From: Candidatus Levyibacteriota bacterium
GTDB taxonomy: Bacteria; Patescibacteriota; Microgenomatia; Levybacterales; UBA12049
Reading direction: 5' to 3'
Assembly (NCBI GenBank): GCA_052034235.1
Contig: JBPOIT010000012.1
Coordinates: forward strand, 34,161-98,160
Length of the DNA: 64,000 nucleotides
Under the pieces are notes generated by a model. That model saw only the letters and a list, made by a program, of their open reading frames with translations, ran no database searches and was not told where the DNA came from. The position numbers and the translations under genes were made by a program. This document shows, in pieces, positions 17,746-27,974 of this stretch. The stretch's first letter is position 1; each line of letters starts with the position of its first letter.

Positions 17746-19515
17746 CTAATTACCTTCTATAATAAATGTTCTCTTTTGTATATTCATTTTTATTGGTTCG
17801 TTGTTTTTAATGTTATTTACAAGAAAAGCGTTATGGGGATTTAGTTGATGGGCTTTATTTGCTGCATTAAGAGCTACCTGTTTATTGTTTTGTTTGTATT
17901 CTGAAAGTGCAAAGAGTAACCATAACTCTGAGTCATTTGGATAATCCTTTACTGCTGCGCGCATGAAATCTGTGGGGACGGGTGTATTTTCATAGAAAAT
18001 CATCATCGAAGCGTATCCTTTGTATGTATTGATTTGGTGTTTATGCGGATAAAAGGCGTTATATGATTTTGCCTTAAGTGCCTTTTCAAAATAGACTTTT
18101 GCTTCTTTTGGCTTTTCTGTTTCGGAATAGACAATTGCTAGATTGAGCAGATTAATTTCGTTCGGCCTAAAACTGATTGATTTCAGATAATGAATACGTG
18201 CTTGTTCATACCCTTTTCTACTTCCATATTCTGCACCCAAACTATTTTCTACAGCAAAATTATTTGATACCAGACTGTCTTGCGTGTGTAATATGATTCC
18301 GTTTTGCCAATCGGTGTTTCTGATCATCGTCCGTGTTCCAAATAATATCAGAACCATTATCGCAAATAGTACCGCAATGTGTTTAAGAGAAGGAAACCTC
18401 GTAAGTAAATATGTAGATGCAATGCCAAGCATCCCTAACATGCCGATCATTGTAAAATAAAACCATCGATCTCCAACTGTCATATCAAGAGGAAAAATGT
18501 TTGCATGGAAGAAAAGTCCTATGATAAACCATGTTAAAAAGAATAACCAGGGTTTAAAGTATTTATTCTCATTCTTGAATAAAAAGTTTGCAAACCCAAT
18601 TACCACACTGAAGAATACGGTATCTACTATCAGAGGGAATATAAATGTCTGAAAATCTATTGATGTGATTACCCAATGCTGCATATATGAAAGCTCCATT
18701 GGATAAAAAAAAGTCTTTACATAGTAAAAGAGTATAAGTGGAAGTGTCATAAATCGTTCCGCAAGAGTGGCATCAGCAATCGGCGCTAAAGGACGATCCG
18801 CTAGTCCTACCTGTCCGATAAAAAAACGTATACACAGATAAATTACAAAAGTTATCAGTGACCCTATGAAAAGTTTTGAAAAGTATTTTTTCTTAAATAG
18901 CCATGCATATAACACTGCGACGAAAATAAAAAGTATTCCTGTCTCCTTTGTGAGAAGTGTCAGAAAAAATGACACAAAAATAACAGCAAAGAGCTTATTG
19001 GTTACTTTTTCTTTTAATAAAAGAACGAGTGGGATTATGCCAAAGAGGAAGAAGATAGGATTCACAGATTGAGCAATATAAGAAACAGATTCCACATTCA
19101 TGGGATGAATGAGAAAAGCGACTGTTACAAAAAAGGCAATCCATGGTGTTAAAAATTTGCGAAAGAAAATGTAAACAAATCCAACACAAACAATATGAAG
19201 CAGTATCTGCACAAAATGATAGAAAAATGCATTCGTTGTAAACATCGAATAAAGCAGTGAGAAATACGCAGCGGGAACTGGACGATATTGCCCAACCGTA
19301 TTAAATGCATTAACCCCAAACCATGAACCTACATTTACTATATGTGTTTGAAGATTATTAATAATATAAAGCTTATCGTCAGCAACAAACTCATTGAAAA
19401 GCATGTTGGCAAATACAACAAGTCCAATTACGAGAATCAGATGCAAAGCTTTAAAGGTTGTTAGCGGAACAAAGAGGCTCTTCAAAGAAAATTCATCCTC
19501 ATTACTCTGCGGCAT
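17746..19515 (-). CDS. TMTC-like GT-C glycosyltransferase with C-terminal TPRs
   Basis: FVADD acidic loop after TM1, YRPV, IHPMNVESVSYI, KETG, DRWFY, RNTDW, then TPR helices. Confidence 0.82.
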   Translation of the reverse strand: MPQSNEDEFSLKSLFVPLTTFKALHLILVIGLVVFANMLFNEFVADDKLYIINNLQTHIVNVGSWFGVNAFNTVGQYRPVPAAYFSLLYSMFTTNAFFYHFVQILLHIVCVGFVYIFFRKFLTPWIAFFVTVAFLIHPMNVESVSYIAQSVNPIFFLFGIIPLVLLLKEKVTNKLFAVIFVSFFLTLLTKETGILFIFVAVLYAWLFKKKYFSKLFIGSLITFVIYLCIRFFIGQVGLADRPLAPIADATLAERFMTLPLILFYYVKTFFYPMELSYMQHWVITSIDFQTFIFPLIVDTVFFSVVIGFANFLFKNENKYFKPWLFFLTWFIIGLFFHANIFPLDMTVGDRWFYFTMIGMLGMLGIASTYLLTRFPSLKHIAVLFAIMVLILFGTRTMIRNTDWQNGIILHTQDSLVSNNFAVENSLGAEYGSRKGYEQARIHYLKSISFRPNEINLLNLAIVYSETEKPKEAKVYFEKALKAKSYNAFYPHKHQINTYKGYASMMIFYENTPVPTDFMRAAVKDYPNDSELWLLFALSEYKQNNKQVALNAANKAHQLNPHNAFLVNNIKNNEPIKMNIQKRTFIIEGN

Positions 19516-19564
19516 AGACCTATTCTATATAAAAAAGGTGTGTATATAAACAGTGGGGGTTAGG

Positions 19565-20749
19565 TTAGGCTTCTACGGCGTGTTTGTCTTTTATGTAGTG
19601 GGTTTTCCAGATTATTTTGTTGTAGATGAAATAGTTAAACGGCAGGACGATAAAGAGGATGGTTGGGAAAAGGATGACCAGAGATGTGAGTATCGAATGA
19701 CCGAGGATGTCGACTCTTGGACCGTAGAAATGGACTGCTAAATAGGTCATGAGTGCCTGAAGGCCGATTGAGAGAATTGATGTAAAATTAAATTTGAAAA
19801 GTCTTCTCAGAAAACTCCCCTTCTCCTTTATGTGTTTTGTATCCTTAAACGTCCAGACATTGTTCAGTAAAAAGTTTGAAAGAATGGCAGTTTCTGCACC
19901 GAGTAGGGTCGCGACAAACTGCATGTGTTCAAGCCCGAGAAAACGAATGGAAAGATACGTCGTAATAAACTGAACAATAAAACCTGTGCCACCAACAAAC
20001 AGAAACTTCACAAAACGCTTTTTTTCCTCAAGCCGGAGTCTCACGACAACGTAAAGTGAATCAAATAAATCTTTCGAGGTAATTTTACTTGACCCTTCTG
20101 TTCGTTCATAAAATTTAATTGGCACCTCTTTCACTTTGGCGTGCATACTCATGACATCATGCAGGATGTGCAGCTTGTATGCATAATATTTTGAATAGAG
20201 ATTTTCAAGATCAACACGGCGAAGGAATGATGATTTTGTTAACTTAAACCCTGAAGTCATATCATGAACTGACATTCTGCCCCACACAAGCCTCGTAAAC
20301 AAACTTCCGGCAACGTAACTCAAAAACTTTCGATGAAGCCCCCACTCTTTGGGGATACTCCCGCCTTTAACGTAACGACTGCCGATGACACAATCTGCGC
20401 CCGAGTCCAACGCCTCAATGAGTCTTGGGATATCATTTGGATCATGTTGAAAGTCTGCATCAAATTCAACAATAGCATCTGCTCCAAGTTCGTTCATCGC
20501 ATACCTCATCGCTCGAGCATATGCAGCTCCCAAACCCTCTTTATTTCCCTCAAGTAAATGGAGATTTTTGTGGTCTTTGGCAAAGTGTTTGATGACATCT
20601 GCAGTTCCGTCAGGAGACTTATCATCTGCAACGAGGATGTGCATTTCATGGTTTTTAATCTTTGGAAAAACTTCATCCTCAAGCGTAGGAATCATCTTCT
20701 CCATGTTCACTTTTTCGTTGTAAGTTGGTAATATTACGACTATTTTCAT
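19565..20749 (-). CDS. Polyprenol-phosphate glycosyltransferase (DPM1-like GT2) fused to GtrA flippase-like domain
   Basis: LPTYNE, DDKSPDGT, FDADFQHDP, IGSRY..GG, DMTSGFK; C-terminal KFLFVGGTG...NFLLNNVWTF. Confidence 0.9.
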   Translation of the reverse strand: MKIVVILPTYNEKVNMEKMIPTLEDEVFPKIKNHEMHILVADDKSPDGTADVIKHFAKDHKNLHLLEGNKEGLGAAYARAMRYAMNELGADAIVEFDADFQHDPNDIPRLIEALDSGADCVIGSRYVKGGSIPKEWGLHRKFLSYVAGSLFTRLVWGRMSVHDMTSGFKLTKSSFLRRVDLENLYSKYYAYKLHILHDVMSMHAKVKEVPIKFYERTEGSSKITSKDLFDSLYVVVRLRLEEKKRFVKFLFVGGTGFIVQFITTYLSIRFLGLEHMQFVATLLGAETAILSNFLLNNVWTFKDTKHIKEKGSFLRRLFKFNFTSILSIGLQALMTYLAVHFYGPRVDILGHSILTSLVILFPTILFIVLPFNYFIYNKIIWKTHYIKDKHAVEA

Positions 20750-21711
20750 AATGCTCTGACGTATTCAATCGTTTTTTGCAGGCCTTCTTCGAGCGAATGC
20801 GTTGGTGCCCACTGGAGCAGCGTTTGTGCTTTTGTAATATCTGGCTTTCGTTTCAGCGGATCATCTTCTGGAAGCTTTTCGTTCATGACAATCTCACTTG
20901 AAGAATTTGTCAGCTGTTTTACCAGTTTAGCATATTCAAGAACTGTGCGTTCTTCCGGAACACCTAAATTGATAATTTCCCCCCGGGCTTTTTCATAAAA
21001 CATAAGCCTCATTAACCCTTCTACTAAATCATCAACATAACAAAGCGATCGTGTTTGAGAGCCATCGCCGAAGACAGTAATTGGCTGATTTGAGAGCGCT
21101 TCTGTTATGAAATTAATTATCATTCTTTGATCTTCGCGAAGCATTCGTGGACCATAGGTATTAAAAATTCTGGCGATTCGCACATTCACATTCTTTTCCC
21201 TCCCAAAGTATGCAGTAATAGTCTCTCCAAAGCGTTTTGCTTCGTCATAGACAGAGCGTGGACCTGTCGTTGAGACATTACCGCGGTATTCTTCCTTCTG
21301 AGGATGCTCAAGCGGATCTCCGTACGTTTCAGACGTGGATGCAAACAAAAAGGAGGCACTATCTCTTTCAGCAAGTTTTAACAGTTCAAGTGTTCCGACG
21401 GTATTAACCATCATTGTTTCCATAGGAAGTGCGTGATAACTGATTGGGCTATGATGATTTGGCGATGCAGGTGAGGCAAGATGAAAAATTGCATTAATCT
21501 GTGGCAGTCTGTCTGCAACCATATCAAGAGGTTTTGTCACATCATGTTCTATAAAATGAAGCTGAGGATTATCAAACAGTTGAATGAGGTTTTCTTTTTT
21601 TCCTGTGAGCAGATTATCTATGCAAAAGACGTCATGTTTGTCTTGAATTAAGCGCGCGCAAAGATGCGAACCTATAAAACCAGCCCCACCGGCGACAACA
21701 ATATTGGCCAT
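20746..21711 (-). CDS. uxs: UDP-glucuronate decarboxylase (UDP-xylose synthase)-like SDR
   Basis: GGAGFIGS, HLASPASP, STSETYGDP, YDEAKR, RIFNTYGPRM, DDP.KRKPDI. Confidence 0.85.
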   Translation of the reverse strand: MANIVVAGGAGFIGSHLCARLIQDKHDVFCIDNLLTGKKENLIQLFDNPQLHFIEHDVTKPLDMVADRLPQINAIFHLASPASPNHHSPISYHALPMETMMVNTVGTLELLKLAERDSASFLFASTSETYGDPLEHPQKEEYRGNVSTTGPRSVYDEAKRFGETITAYFGREKNVNVRIARIFNTYGPRMLREDQRMIINFITEALSNQPITVFGDGSQTRSLCYVDDLVEGLMRLMFYEKARGEIINLGVPEERTVLEYAKLVKQLTNSSSEIVMNEKLPEDDPLKRKPDITKAQTLLQWAPTHSLEEGLQKTIEYVRAL

Positions 21712-21761
21712 GGTTGTATGATACTAAACTTGAGGCTTTAATGGAAGAGTGAGTATAAAAA

Positions 21762-22733
21762 CTATCTATTTACCTTTTCGCGTTTGAGGTCTGATTTGAC
21801 CATCATTTCGACAAGTTCTTTGAAGCTTGTTTTTGGTTCCCAGCCAAGTTCATTTTTGGCTTTACTATAGTCACCAATGAGATAATCAACTTCTGCAGGT
21901 CTTATGAATTTAGGCTGGTCTGAGATAACGTACTCTTCCCAGTTCGTAATTCCTGCTGCTTTGAAAGCAAGTTTGGTAAATTCTTCAACAGAATGTGTTT
22001 CACCCGTTGAGATGACATAATCTTCTGGTTTTTCCTGCTGCAGCATCAGCCACATCGCTTCAACATAATCACCTGAGAAACCCCAGTCCCGCTTCGCTGA
22101 CATGTTACCTAGTTCTAATTTCTTTTGCTTGCCAAGCTTAATGCGTGCAACTGCGTTGGTAATCTTGCGAGTGACAAATTCAATACCTCGTCGTGGAGAT
22201 TCATGGTTGAATAAGATACCAGAGCATGCAAACATATCGTAACTTTCACGGTAGTTTAATGTGATGTAGTGACCGTATACTTTGGCAACACCGTATGGAC
22301 TTCGTGGATAAAAACGTGTTGTTTCTTTTTGAGGCGTTTCTGTCACTTTACCAAACATCTCAGAACTTGATGCTTGATAGAATTTGATTCGTGGATTAAC
22401 CTTTCTGATTGCTTCGAGAACTCGTGTAACACCAAGTGCTGTAAATTCGCCTGTGAGAACTGGCTGATCAAAAGAAGTTTGGACAAAAGACATAGCAGCG
22501 AGGTTATAGACCTCATCCGGCTCAGCGACTTCAATTGCTTGTGTCATTGAGGATGAATCAAGCAGATCCGCTGATAATAATTCAACATCATGTTGAATAT
22601 GACTGATATTTTCGATATTTGGTGTACTTAAACGTCTGACGGTACCAAAAACTTTATATCCTTTTTTAAGTAAAAGTTCTGCCAAATATGATCCGTCTTG
22701 TCCTGTGATTCCTGTAATAAGTGCTCGTTTCAT
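21762..22733 (-). CDS. gmd: GDP-mannose 4,6-dehydratase
   Basis: [46 protein letters not shown]. Confidence 0.97.
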   Translation of the reverse strand: MKRALITGITGQDGSYLAELLLKKGYKVFGTVRRLSTPNIENISHIQHDVELLSADLLDSSSMTQAIEVAEPDEVYNLAAMSFVQTSFDQPVLTGEFTALGVTRVLEAIRKVNPRIKFYQASSSEMFGKVTETPQKETTRFYPRSPYGVAKVYGHYITLNYRESYDMFACSGILFNHESPRRGIEFVTRKITNAVARIKLGKQKKLELGNMSAKRDWGFSGDYVEAMWLMLQQEKPEDYVISTGETHSVEEFTKLAFKAAGITNWEEYVISDQPKFIRPAEVDYLIGDYSKAKNELGWEPKTSFKELVEMMVKSDLKREKVNR

Positions 22734-22750
22734 AATGTTATTTACCTATT

Positions 22751-23695
22751 CTAAACGATCTTTCGCCAATAGTCCAGTATGTCTTGTAATGTCTGTTCAA
22801 ACGGAATTTCAGGTTTCCATCCTGTGAGGTTTTGGAACTTCGTGCTGTCACAAACAATCTCCGGAACATCAATCGGACGAAATCTTTCAGGGTCAGGTCT
22901 GACTTCAATTTTTGCTGTTGAGAATGAAAGGAGTGTTTGCAGCATGTCATCAATCCTTCGAGAAATACCTGAACCAATGTTATACACATCCCCCTTCTCA
23001 CCTTTTTCAACAACGAGCTGGTATGCTTTTACCATATCCCGCACGTCTGTAAAATCACGCTTGGCTTCCAGATTCCCCACAAATAAGACGGGATTATTTT
23101 TTCCTTTTTCAATTTCAGCAATTTGTTTGGCAAATGATGATAAAACAAATGATTCCTTTTGGCCTGGTCCAATATGATTAAACGGTCTTACTCTCACAAT
23201 ATTCATTCTATAAGCCAAGCGGTATTGTAAACCCAAATAGTCCTGCGCTATTTTGGAAACAGCATACGGATTTACCGGACGAAGGTCTGTTGTTTCATCA
23301 ATTGGTAAATCTTCAGGTCGTATGACACCATACACTTCTGCTGTTGAAACGACAAGCACTCTGGTTTGAACAAGTTCAAATTTTCTGAGGGCTTCGAGGA
23401 TAGTTAATTCGCTCATGATATTATTGGTAATCGTTTCGGCAGGAGCTTTGAAACTTTCAGCAGCAGATGGAAGCCCAGCTAAATGATAAATAGCATCAGG
23501 TTTGTAGGTTTGGATCAGTGTATCAACAGCTTCCTGATCAAGCAGATTTACTTTTTCAAGCTGAACTCCACTTGGAAAGTCTCCGTGATCCGAACGATGT
23601 GTACCGATGATTTCAAACGCATTTTGGGAAAGTAAATTATTGGTGAGGTGTTTGCCAACAAAGCCTGTGGCGCCGGTAATGAGAATTCTTTTCAT
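22751..23695 (-). CDS. rmd: GDP-4-keto-6-deoxy-D-mannose reductase-like SDR (GDP-D-rhamnose synthesis)
   Basis: GATGFVG, STAEVYG, YAVSK, RPFNHIGPGQ, RDFTDVRD; adjacent to gmd. Confidence 0.75.
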   Translation of the reverse strand: MKRILITGATGFVGKHLTNNLLSQNAFEIIGTHRSDHGDFPSGVQLEKVNLLDQEAVDTLIQTYKPDAIYHLAGLPSAAESFKAPAETITNNIMSELTILEALRKFELVQTRVLVVSTAEVYGVIRPEDLPIDETTDLRPVNPYAVSKIAQDYLGLQYRLAYRMNIVRVRPFNHIGPGQKESFVLSSFAKQIAEIEKGKNNPVLFVGNLEAKRDFTDVRDMVKAYQLVVEKGEKGDVYNIGSGISRRIDDMLQTLLSFSTAKIEVRPDPERFRPIDVPEIVCDSTKFQNLTGWKPEIPFEQTLQDILDYWRKIV

Positions 23696-25024
23696 TTATC
23701 GTCCTACTCCAACATAGGTGAAACCAAGCGCTTTTGCTTTTTCAGGCTCGTAAATATTTCGTCCGTCAATCAGATATGGTGTTTTAAGCAGTGTCTTTAT
23801 CTTCACAAGATCAAGCTGTTTAAATTCGTTCCATTCAGTCACGACGATAAGTAAATCTGCATCTTTTGCAGCTGCATAGGCATCGTTTACAAAGTGTACA
23901 TTATTTTCATCCTTCAAAATTCTCTTCCCGTTTTCAAGAGCTATTGGATCAAAACTCTTTATTTTTGCGCCCAATCCAAGAAGCTCACGGATAATAATAA
24001 CCGAAGGAGCATCTCTCATGTCATCAGTATCAGGTTTAAAGGAAAGCCCCAAAACACCAATTGTCTTGCCATTCATATCTTCACCCAAGAGCTTCTTTGC
24101 TTTTTTAACAATACCCATTATCGCATCTTTATTTACCTGTTCAACTTCTTTTAAGATGCCAAAGTTGTAGCCGTAGTCATTTGCGATCGCGATAAGCGCT
24201 TTAACATCTTTCGGAAAACAACTCCCCCCGTACCCTGCTCCTGGATTGAGAAATGCTGTTCCAATTCGCTTATCCATACCCATTGCTTCAAGCACATCAA
24301 TACCGTTGGCACCTGTCAGTTCTGAAAGTTGCGCGATTGCGTTGGCAAATGAAATCTTTACTGAAAGAAACGCATTGGATGCGTACTTCACCATTTCTGC
24401 CGTCTCAATGTTGCATAGGAATAATCCTCCTTCACGACTTTCTCCTTTTATCGTTGTCATGAGGGGTTTGTGTAGTTCGACAAGTTTTTCTTCCGCTTTT
24501 TTGGATTCGGTACCGATAACAATTCTATCTGGATATCTTGTATCTGATATTGCTTGTCCTTCTCGTAAAAACTCTGGAACAGATGCAATATCAAACTGCG
24601 CATCTTCTGGCTTTACCTTGGTCATGAGTTCCTTTACTTTACGATTTGTTCCAACAGGTACGGTACTTTTAACATTCACCACTGTGTAACCATTGAGATG
24701 TTTTCCGACTTGCTCAGCAACTTCATAGACTACTCTTAGGTCTGCTTCACCTGTTGGTTTTGGAGGTGTACCCACTGCGATAAACACAACATCGGATTCT
24801 TTAACTGCTGGTGAATAATCAAGCGTAAACAAAAGTCTGCCTGCATCTACATTGCGTTTAACAAGTTCTTCAAGACCAGGTTCATAAATTGGAATGATGC
24901 CTTTTTTGAGGTTATTTACTTTTTCAGGCGTGTGTCCGATTACCCAAACAGTATTGCCGAGGTCTGCAAAAACCGCTGCTGATACCAAACCTACATAACC
25001 ATGTCCTACAAATGTAATTGTCAT
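23696..25024 (-). CDS. ugd: UDP-glucose 6-dehydrogenase
   Basis: GHGYVG, AVGTP, KSTVPVGT, PEFLREG, GYGGSCFPKD, FKPDTDDMR. Confidence 0.95.
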   Translation of the reverse strand: MTITFVGHGYVGLVSAAVFADLGNTVWVIGHTPEKVNNLKKGIIPIYEPGLEELVKRNVDAGRLLFTLDYSPAVKESDVVFIAVGTPPKPTGEADLRVVYEVAEQVGKHLNGYTVVNVKSTVPVGTNRKVKELMTKVKPEDAQFDIASVPEFLREGQAISDTRYPDRIVIGTESKKAEEKLVELHKPLMTTIKGESREGGLFLCNIETAEMVKYASNAFLSVKISFANAIAQLSELTGANGIDVLEAMGMDKRIGTAFLNPGAGYGGSCFPKDVKALIAIANDYGYNFGILKEVEQVNKDAIMGIVKKAKKLLGEDMNGKTIGVLGLSFKPDTDDMRDAPSVIIIRELLGLGAKIKSFDPIALENGKRILKDENNVHFVNDAYAAAKDADLLIVVTEWNEFKQLDLVKIKTLLKTPYLIDGRNIYEPEKAKALGFTYVGVGR

Positions 25025-25040
25025 AAAAATTTTTGAGGTT

Positions 25041-25922
25041 TTATTCCTTGGCTTTAAATTCTCTTAGGGATTCCTCAAAACCCTTCATACTGACTCCAAG
25101 GTTTTTTATTTTATCATTATTTAATGTTAAATTAAATGGCCTCTGTGCACGATCTTTAAAGAATTCGTCACGGGTCGTCTTGCTGATAAGGCTCTTATCA
25201 TAACCGAAGATCTCAGCAATCGCAAGTGCAGCAGCGTAAGGTGTCAAACTTTGACTCCCCACCACATGATAGATGCCACGTGCGTCAGCTTCAATAAGTT
25301 TTCCAAGAGCGAGCGCTATGTCATCAAGATAGGTCGGTGTCATAAGATGATCGGTGACACCGGCAATTGGAAGACCTGCTGCGAGTCTGTCTTTCATCGC
25401 ATGATAAAAGTCTTTTTTCTGAGCAAACGGTTGCTCTTGAAATGGATACGCTATGCGGACGATGAGATACGGAATACCTGCATTTCTCACAACCTCTTCA
25501 CCGTCAAATTTTGTCTGGGCATACCAATCGATAGGATTAGGTTTGTCGTCTTCTTTATAACCGCTGCCTTCAGGAAGGGAGCCGTCAAAAACAAAATCAG
25601 TTGAAATATAGATAATCTTTTTATTTGAAACCTTTGCTGCTTCAACCACATTTTTTGTGCCTAAGACATTTATTTTATAAGCAGCACCTTCTTCTCCAAG
25701 CGGCTTATCTTTTTCGCAGCCATCAACATCTGCTTTAGCAGCTAAATGTAAAACCCAGCCGTGTTCAGTATCATCTCTGATTGCAGAAAGGGTTGAAGCA
25801 TCAGTGATGTCAGCGCCTGTCTCAAGACTCAAATTGTCAAAAGAATAGTGTGGCAAAAGTGCAACAATACGTGACCCCACAAGCCCTGTAATGCCAATAC
25901 CAAATATGTTTGTTTTATTCAT
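25041..25922 (-). CDS. rmlD: dTDP-4-dehydrorhamnose reductase
   Basis: GITGLVG, AKADVDGCE, ISTDFVFDG, YAQTK, PTYLDD. Confidence 0.88.
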   Translation of the reverse strand: MNKTNIFGIGITGLVGSRIVALLPHYSFDNLSLETGADITDASTLSAIRDDTEHGWVLHLAAKADVDGCEKDKPLGEEGAAYKINVLGTKNVVEAAKVSNKKIIYISTDFVFDGSLPEGSGYKEDDKPNPIDWYAQTKFDGEEVVRNAGIPYLIVRIAYPFQEQPFAQKKDFYHAMKDRLAAGLPIAGVTDHLMTPTYLDDIALALGKLIEADARGIYHVVGSQSLTPYAAALAIAEIFGYDKSLISKTTRDEFFKDRAQRPFNLTLNNDKIKNLGVSMKGFEESLREFKAKE

Positions 25923-25924
25923 AG

Positions 25925-26476
25925 TTATATCTTACCTTCTCGCTGTAGTTTATCATAGAGCAACAGAGCAGCAACATGGAGTGAAACAAACATTTCTCCA
26001 GATTGTACTTTTGCCAATACTTGTTCAAACGGTAGTTTGAGAACTTCAATTTCCTCATCATCGTCAAGCTCCGTGTTACCCTCTGTTATACCTGTTGCAA
26101 CGAACACATAGTTTTTGGAATTCATGTTCGCTGAAAGTTCCCATGTCGCAAGTAATTTCCACTTTTGAGCAGTTAACCCAGTTTCCTCTTTTAATTCTCT
26201 CTTTGCTGATTCCAAAGGATCAGTGTCATTCTCAATGTTTCCTGCAACAAGCTCAATCAGTTCTTTCCCAAACGCATCCCTGTACTGTTTTTCAAGATAC
26301 AATTCACCATTTTCAGTGAAAGGCAAAATGGTAACAACTGAATTTCTTTCAATAAAATCTTTGGTGAATGTTTTTCCCTTGCGCTTTATTACTTTTCGCT
26401 TTAGCCTAAAATACTTTGCTTCATAGACTGTTTCTTCAGAAAGCAGTTCCGATTTATTTTCCGTATTGTCTGTCAT
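25925..26476 (-). CDS. NUDIX hydrolase (ADP-ribose/NDP-sugar pyrophosphatase-like)
   Basis: QYR...ELVAG.IE......SAKRELKEETG Nudix box; ATG 26476 preferred over ORF-track start. Confidence 0.88.
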   Translation of the reverse strand: MTDNTENKSELLSEETVYEAKYFRLKRKVIKRKGKTFTKDFIERNSVVTILPFTENGELYLEKQYRDAFGKELIELVAGNIENDTDPLESAKRELKEETGLTAQKWKLLATWELSANMNSKNYVFVATGITEGNTELDDDEEIEVLKLPFEQVLAKVQSGEMFVSLHVAALLLYDKLQREGKI

Positions 26477-27464
26477 AATACTCCTTATACTCACCTGATT
26501 TGACCCGCTGCCACCAATCTGTATTTTCTTTGTACCATGCAACTGTTTTCTCCAAGTATTCATCAAAATTATGCTGAGGCTCCCAACCGAGTTCTTTTTT
26601 TATCTTGGACCAATCAACATCATAACGTCTGTCATGGCCGGGTCTGTCTTTGACATATTCAATAAAACTTTCATCCTTGCCTAGGAGTTTGAGCAGCTTT
26701 TTTGCAATTTCGATATTTGGATAGAGTTCAGTCATACCACCAACCAAATACGTTTCACCTATTTTCCCTTTTTGCAAAACCGCATCAATCGCCCGTGCAT
26801 GGTCATCAACATACAACCAATCTCTGACGTACAAACCATCACCGTATACCGGGATTTTTTTACCTTCAAGGACATTGGTAATAGCAAGCGGAATGAATTT
26901 TTCCGGAAACATATATGGGCCGAAATTATTGGAACAATTGGTTATGGTGATAGGAAGACCATAGGTAGTATAGTAGGCACGTACTAAATGATCAGACCCA
27001 GCTTTACTTGCAGCGTAAGGACTTCGGGGATTATAACTCGTTTTTTCATTAAATTTATTTGGGTCTTCAAGTGAAAGTGCTCCAAAAACTTCATCCGTTG
27101 AGACATGGTGAAAACGCTGTATATTATTTTTCAAAGCTGCATCAAGGAGTACTTGTGTGCCGACGACATTGGTGGTGACAAAAACTGCTGGACCTGTTAT
27201 CGAGCGGTCGACATGTGTTTCTGCGGCGAAATGAACAACAGTATCTATTCCCTGCATTGCGTTATTGACAGTCTCAACATCTGTGATATCACCTTGGATA
27301 AACGAATATTTGGGATTACTTTCGACGGTGCTGAGATTTTCCAGATTACCCGCATACGTCAATTTGTCAAAGTTGATAATGCTGTCATCCGGATGATTTT
27401 TGAGCCAATAGAGGATAAAATTAGAGCCGATAAACCCCGCTCCGCCGGTCACTAGTAATTTCAT
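26454..27464 (-). CDS. rmlB: dTDP-glucose 4,6-dehydratase
   Basis: DKLTYAGN, FAAETHVDRS, STDEV, SPYAASK, DRPGHDRRY. Confidence 0.97.
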   Translation of the reverse strand: MKLLVTGGAGFIGSNFILYWLKNHPDDSIINFDKLTYAGNLENLSTVESNPKYSFIQGDITDVETVNNAMQGIDTVVHFAAETHVDRSITGPAVFVTTNVVGTQVLLDAALKNNIQRFHHVSTDEVFGALSLEDPNKFNEKTSYNPRSPYAASKAGSDHLVRAYYTTYGLPITITNCSNNFGPYMFPEKFIPLAITNVLEGKKIPVYGDGLYVRDWLYVDDHARAIDAVLQKGKIGETYLVGGMTELYPNIEIAKKLLKLLGKDESFIEYVKDRPGHDRRYDVDWSKIKKELGWEPQHNFDEYLEKTVAWYKENTDWWQRVKSGEYKEYYDRQYGK

Positions 27465-27471
27465 TCACTAA

Positions 27472-27915
27472 TTATTTTACGACACCTTGTTCAAGTTCTT
27501 CTTGTGAATATTCAACTTGTTCGTCTTTAAGCGTAGGATCATAGGCTGGATCTGGATAGTTAATAAGCCATGCTTCTTCCGTGCCTATATTTTCAAGTCC
27601 AGTAGCAGCATTTTTTGGAATAAACATTCTTTGAGGTTCTGCAGCGTCAAGGATCGTTTCTGTCTTTTCCCAAGCAGTTCCGTTATGCTCATAGGTCGTA
27701 ATTTTCATCTTTCCCTTGAGTGCTACGTATCGAGCTGCACGAACTCTGTGGAGATGATAACCTTTGAATGCACCGGGAAGAGCAGCAGTGAGATATACTT
27801 CAGTTTTCTCGTTGGTGTCTTTATCTTTGTAGAGTTCAATCAAATGACCATTCACATTTTTTGAATGATCATATGTTGTTACTTCCTTAGCGGGTTCAAC
27901 CCGAACAGTTGACAT
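27472..27915 (-). CDS. rmlC: Short RmlC-like cupin (dTDP-4-dehydrorhamnose 3,5-epimerase family)
   Basis: G.LIEL...PGAFKGYHLH cupin motif; lies between rmlA and rmlB. Confidence 0.72.
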   Translation of the reverse strand: MSTVRVEPAKEVTTYDHSKNVNGHLIELYKDKDTNEKTEVYLTAALPGAFKGYHLHRVRAARYVALKGKMKITTYEHNGTAWEKTETILDAAEPQRMFIPKNAATGLENIGTEEAWLINYPDPAYDPTLKDEQVEYSQEELEQGVVK

Positions 27916-27974
27916 TGTATCTTAATATATTACTTGCAAACAAGTTTTTTCGCAATATGGAAATTACTATTCCC

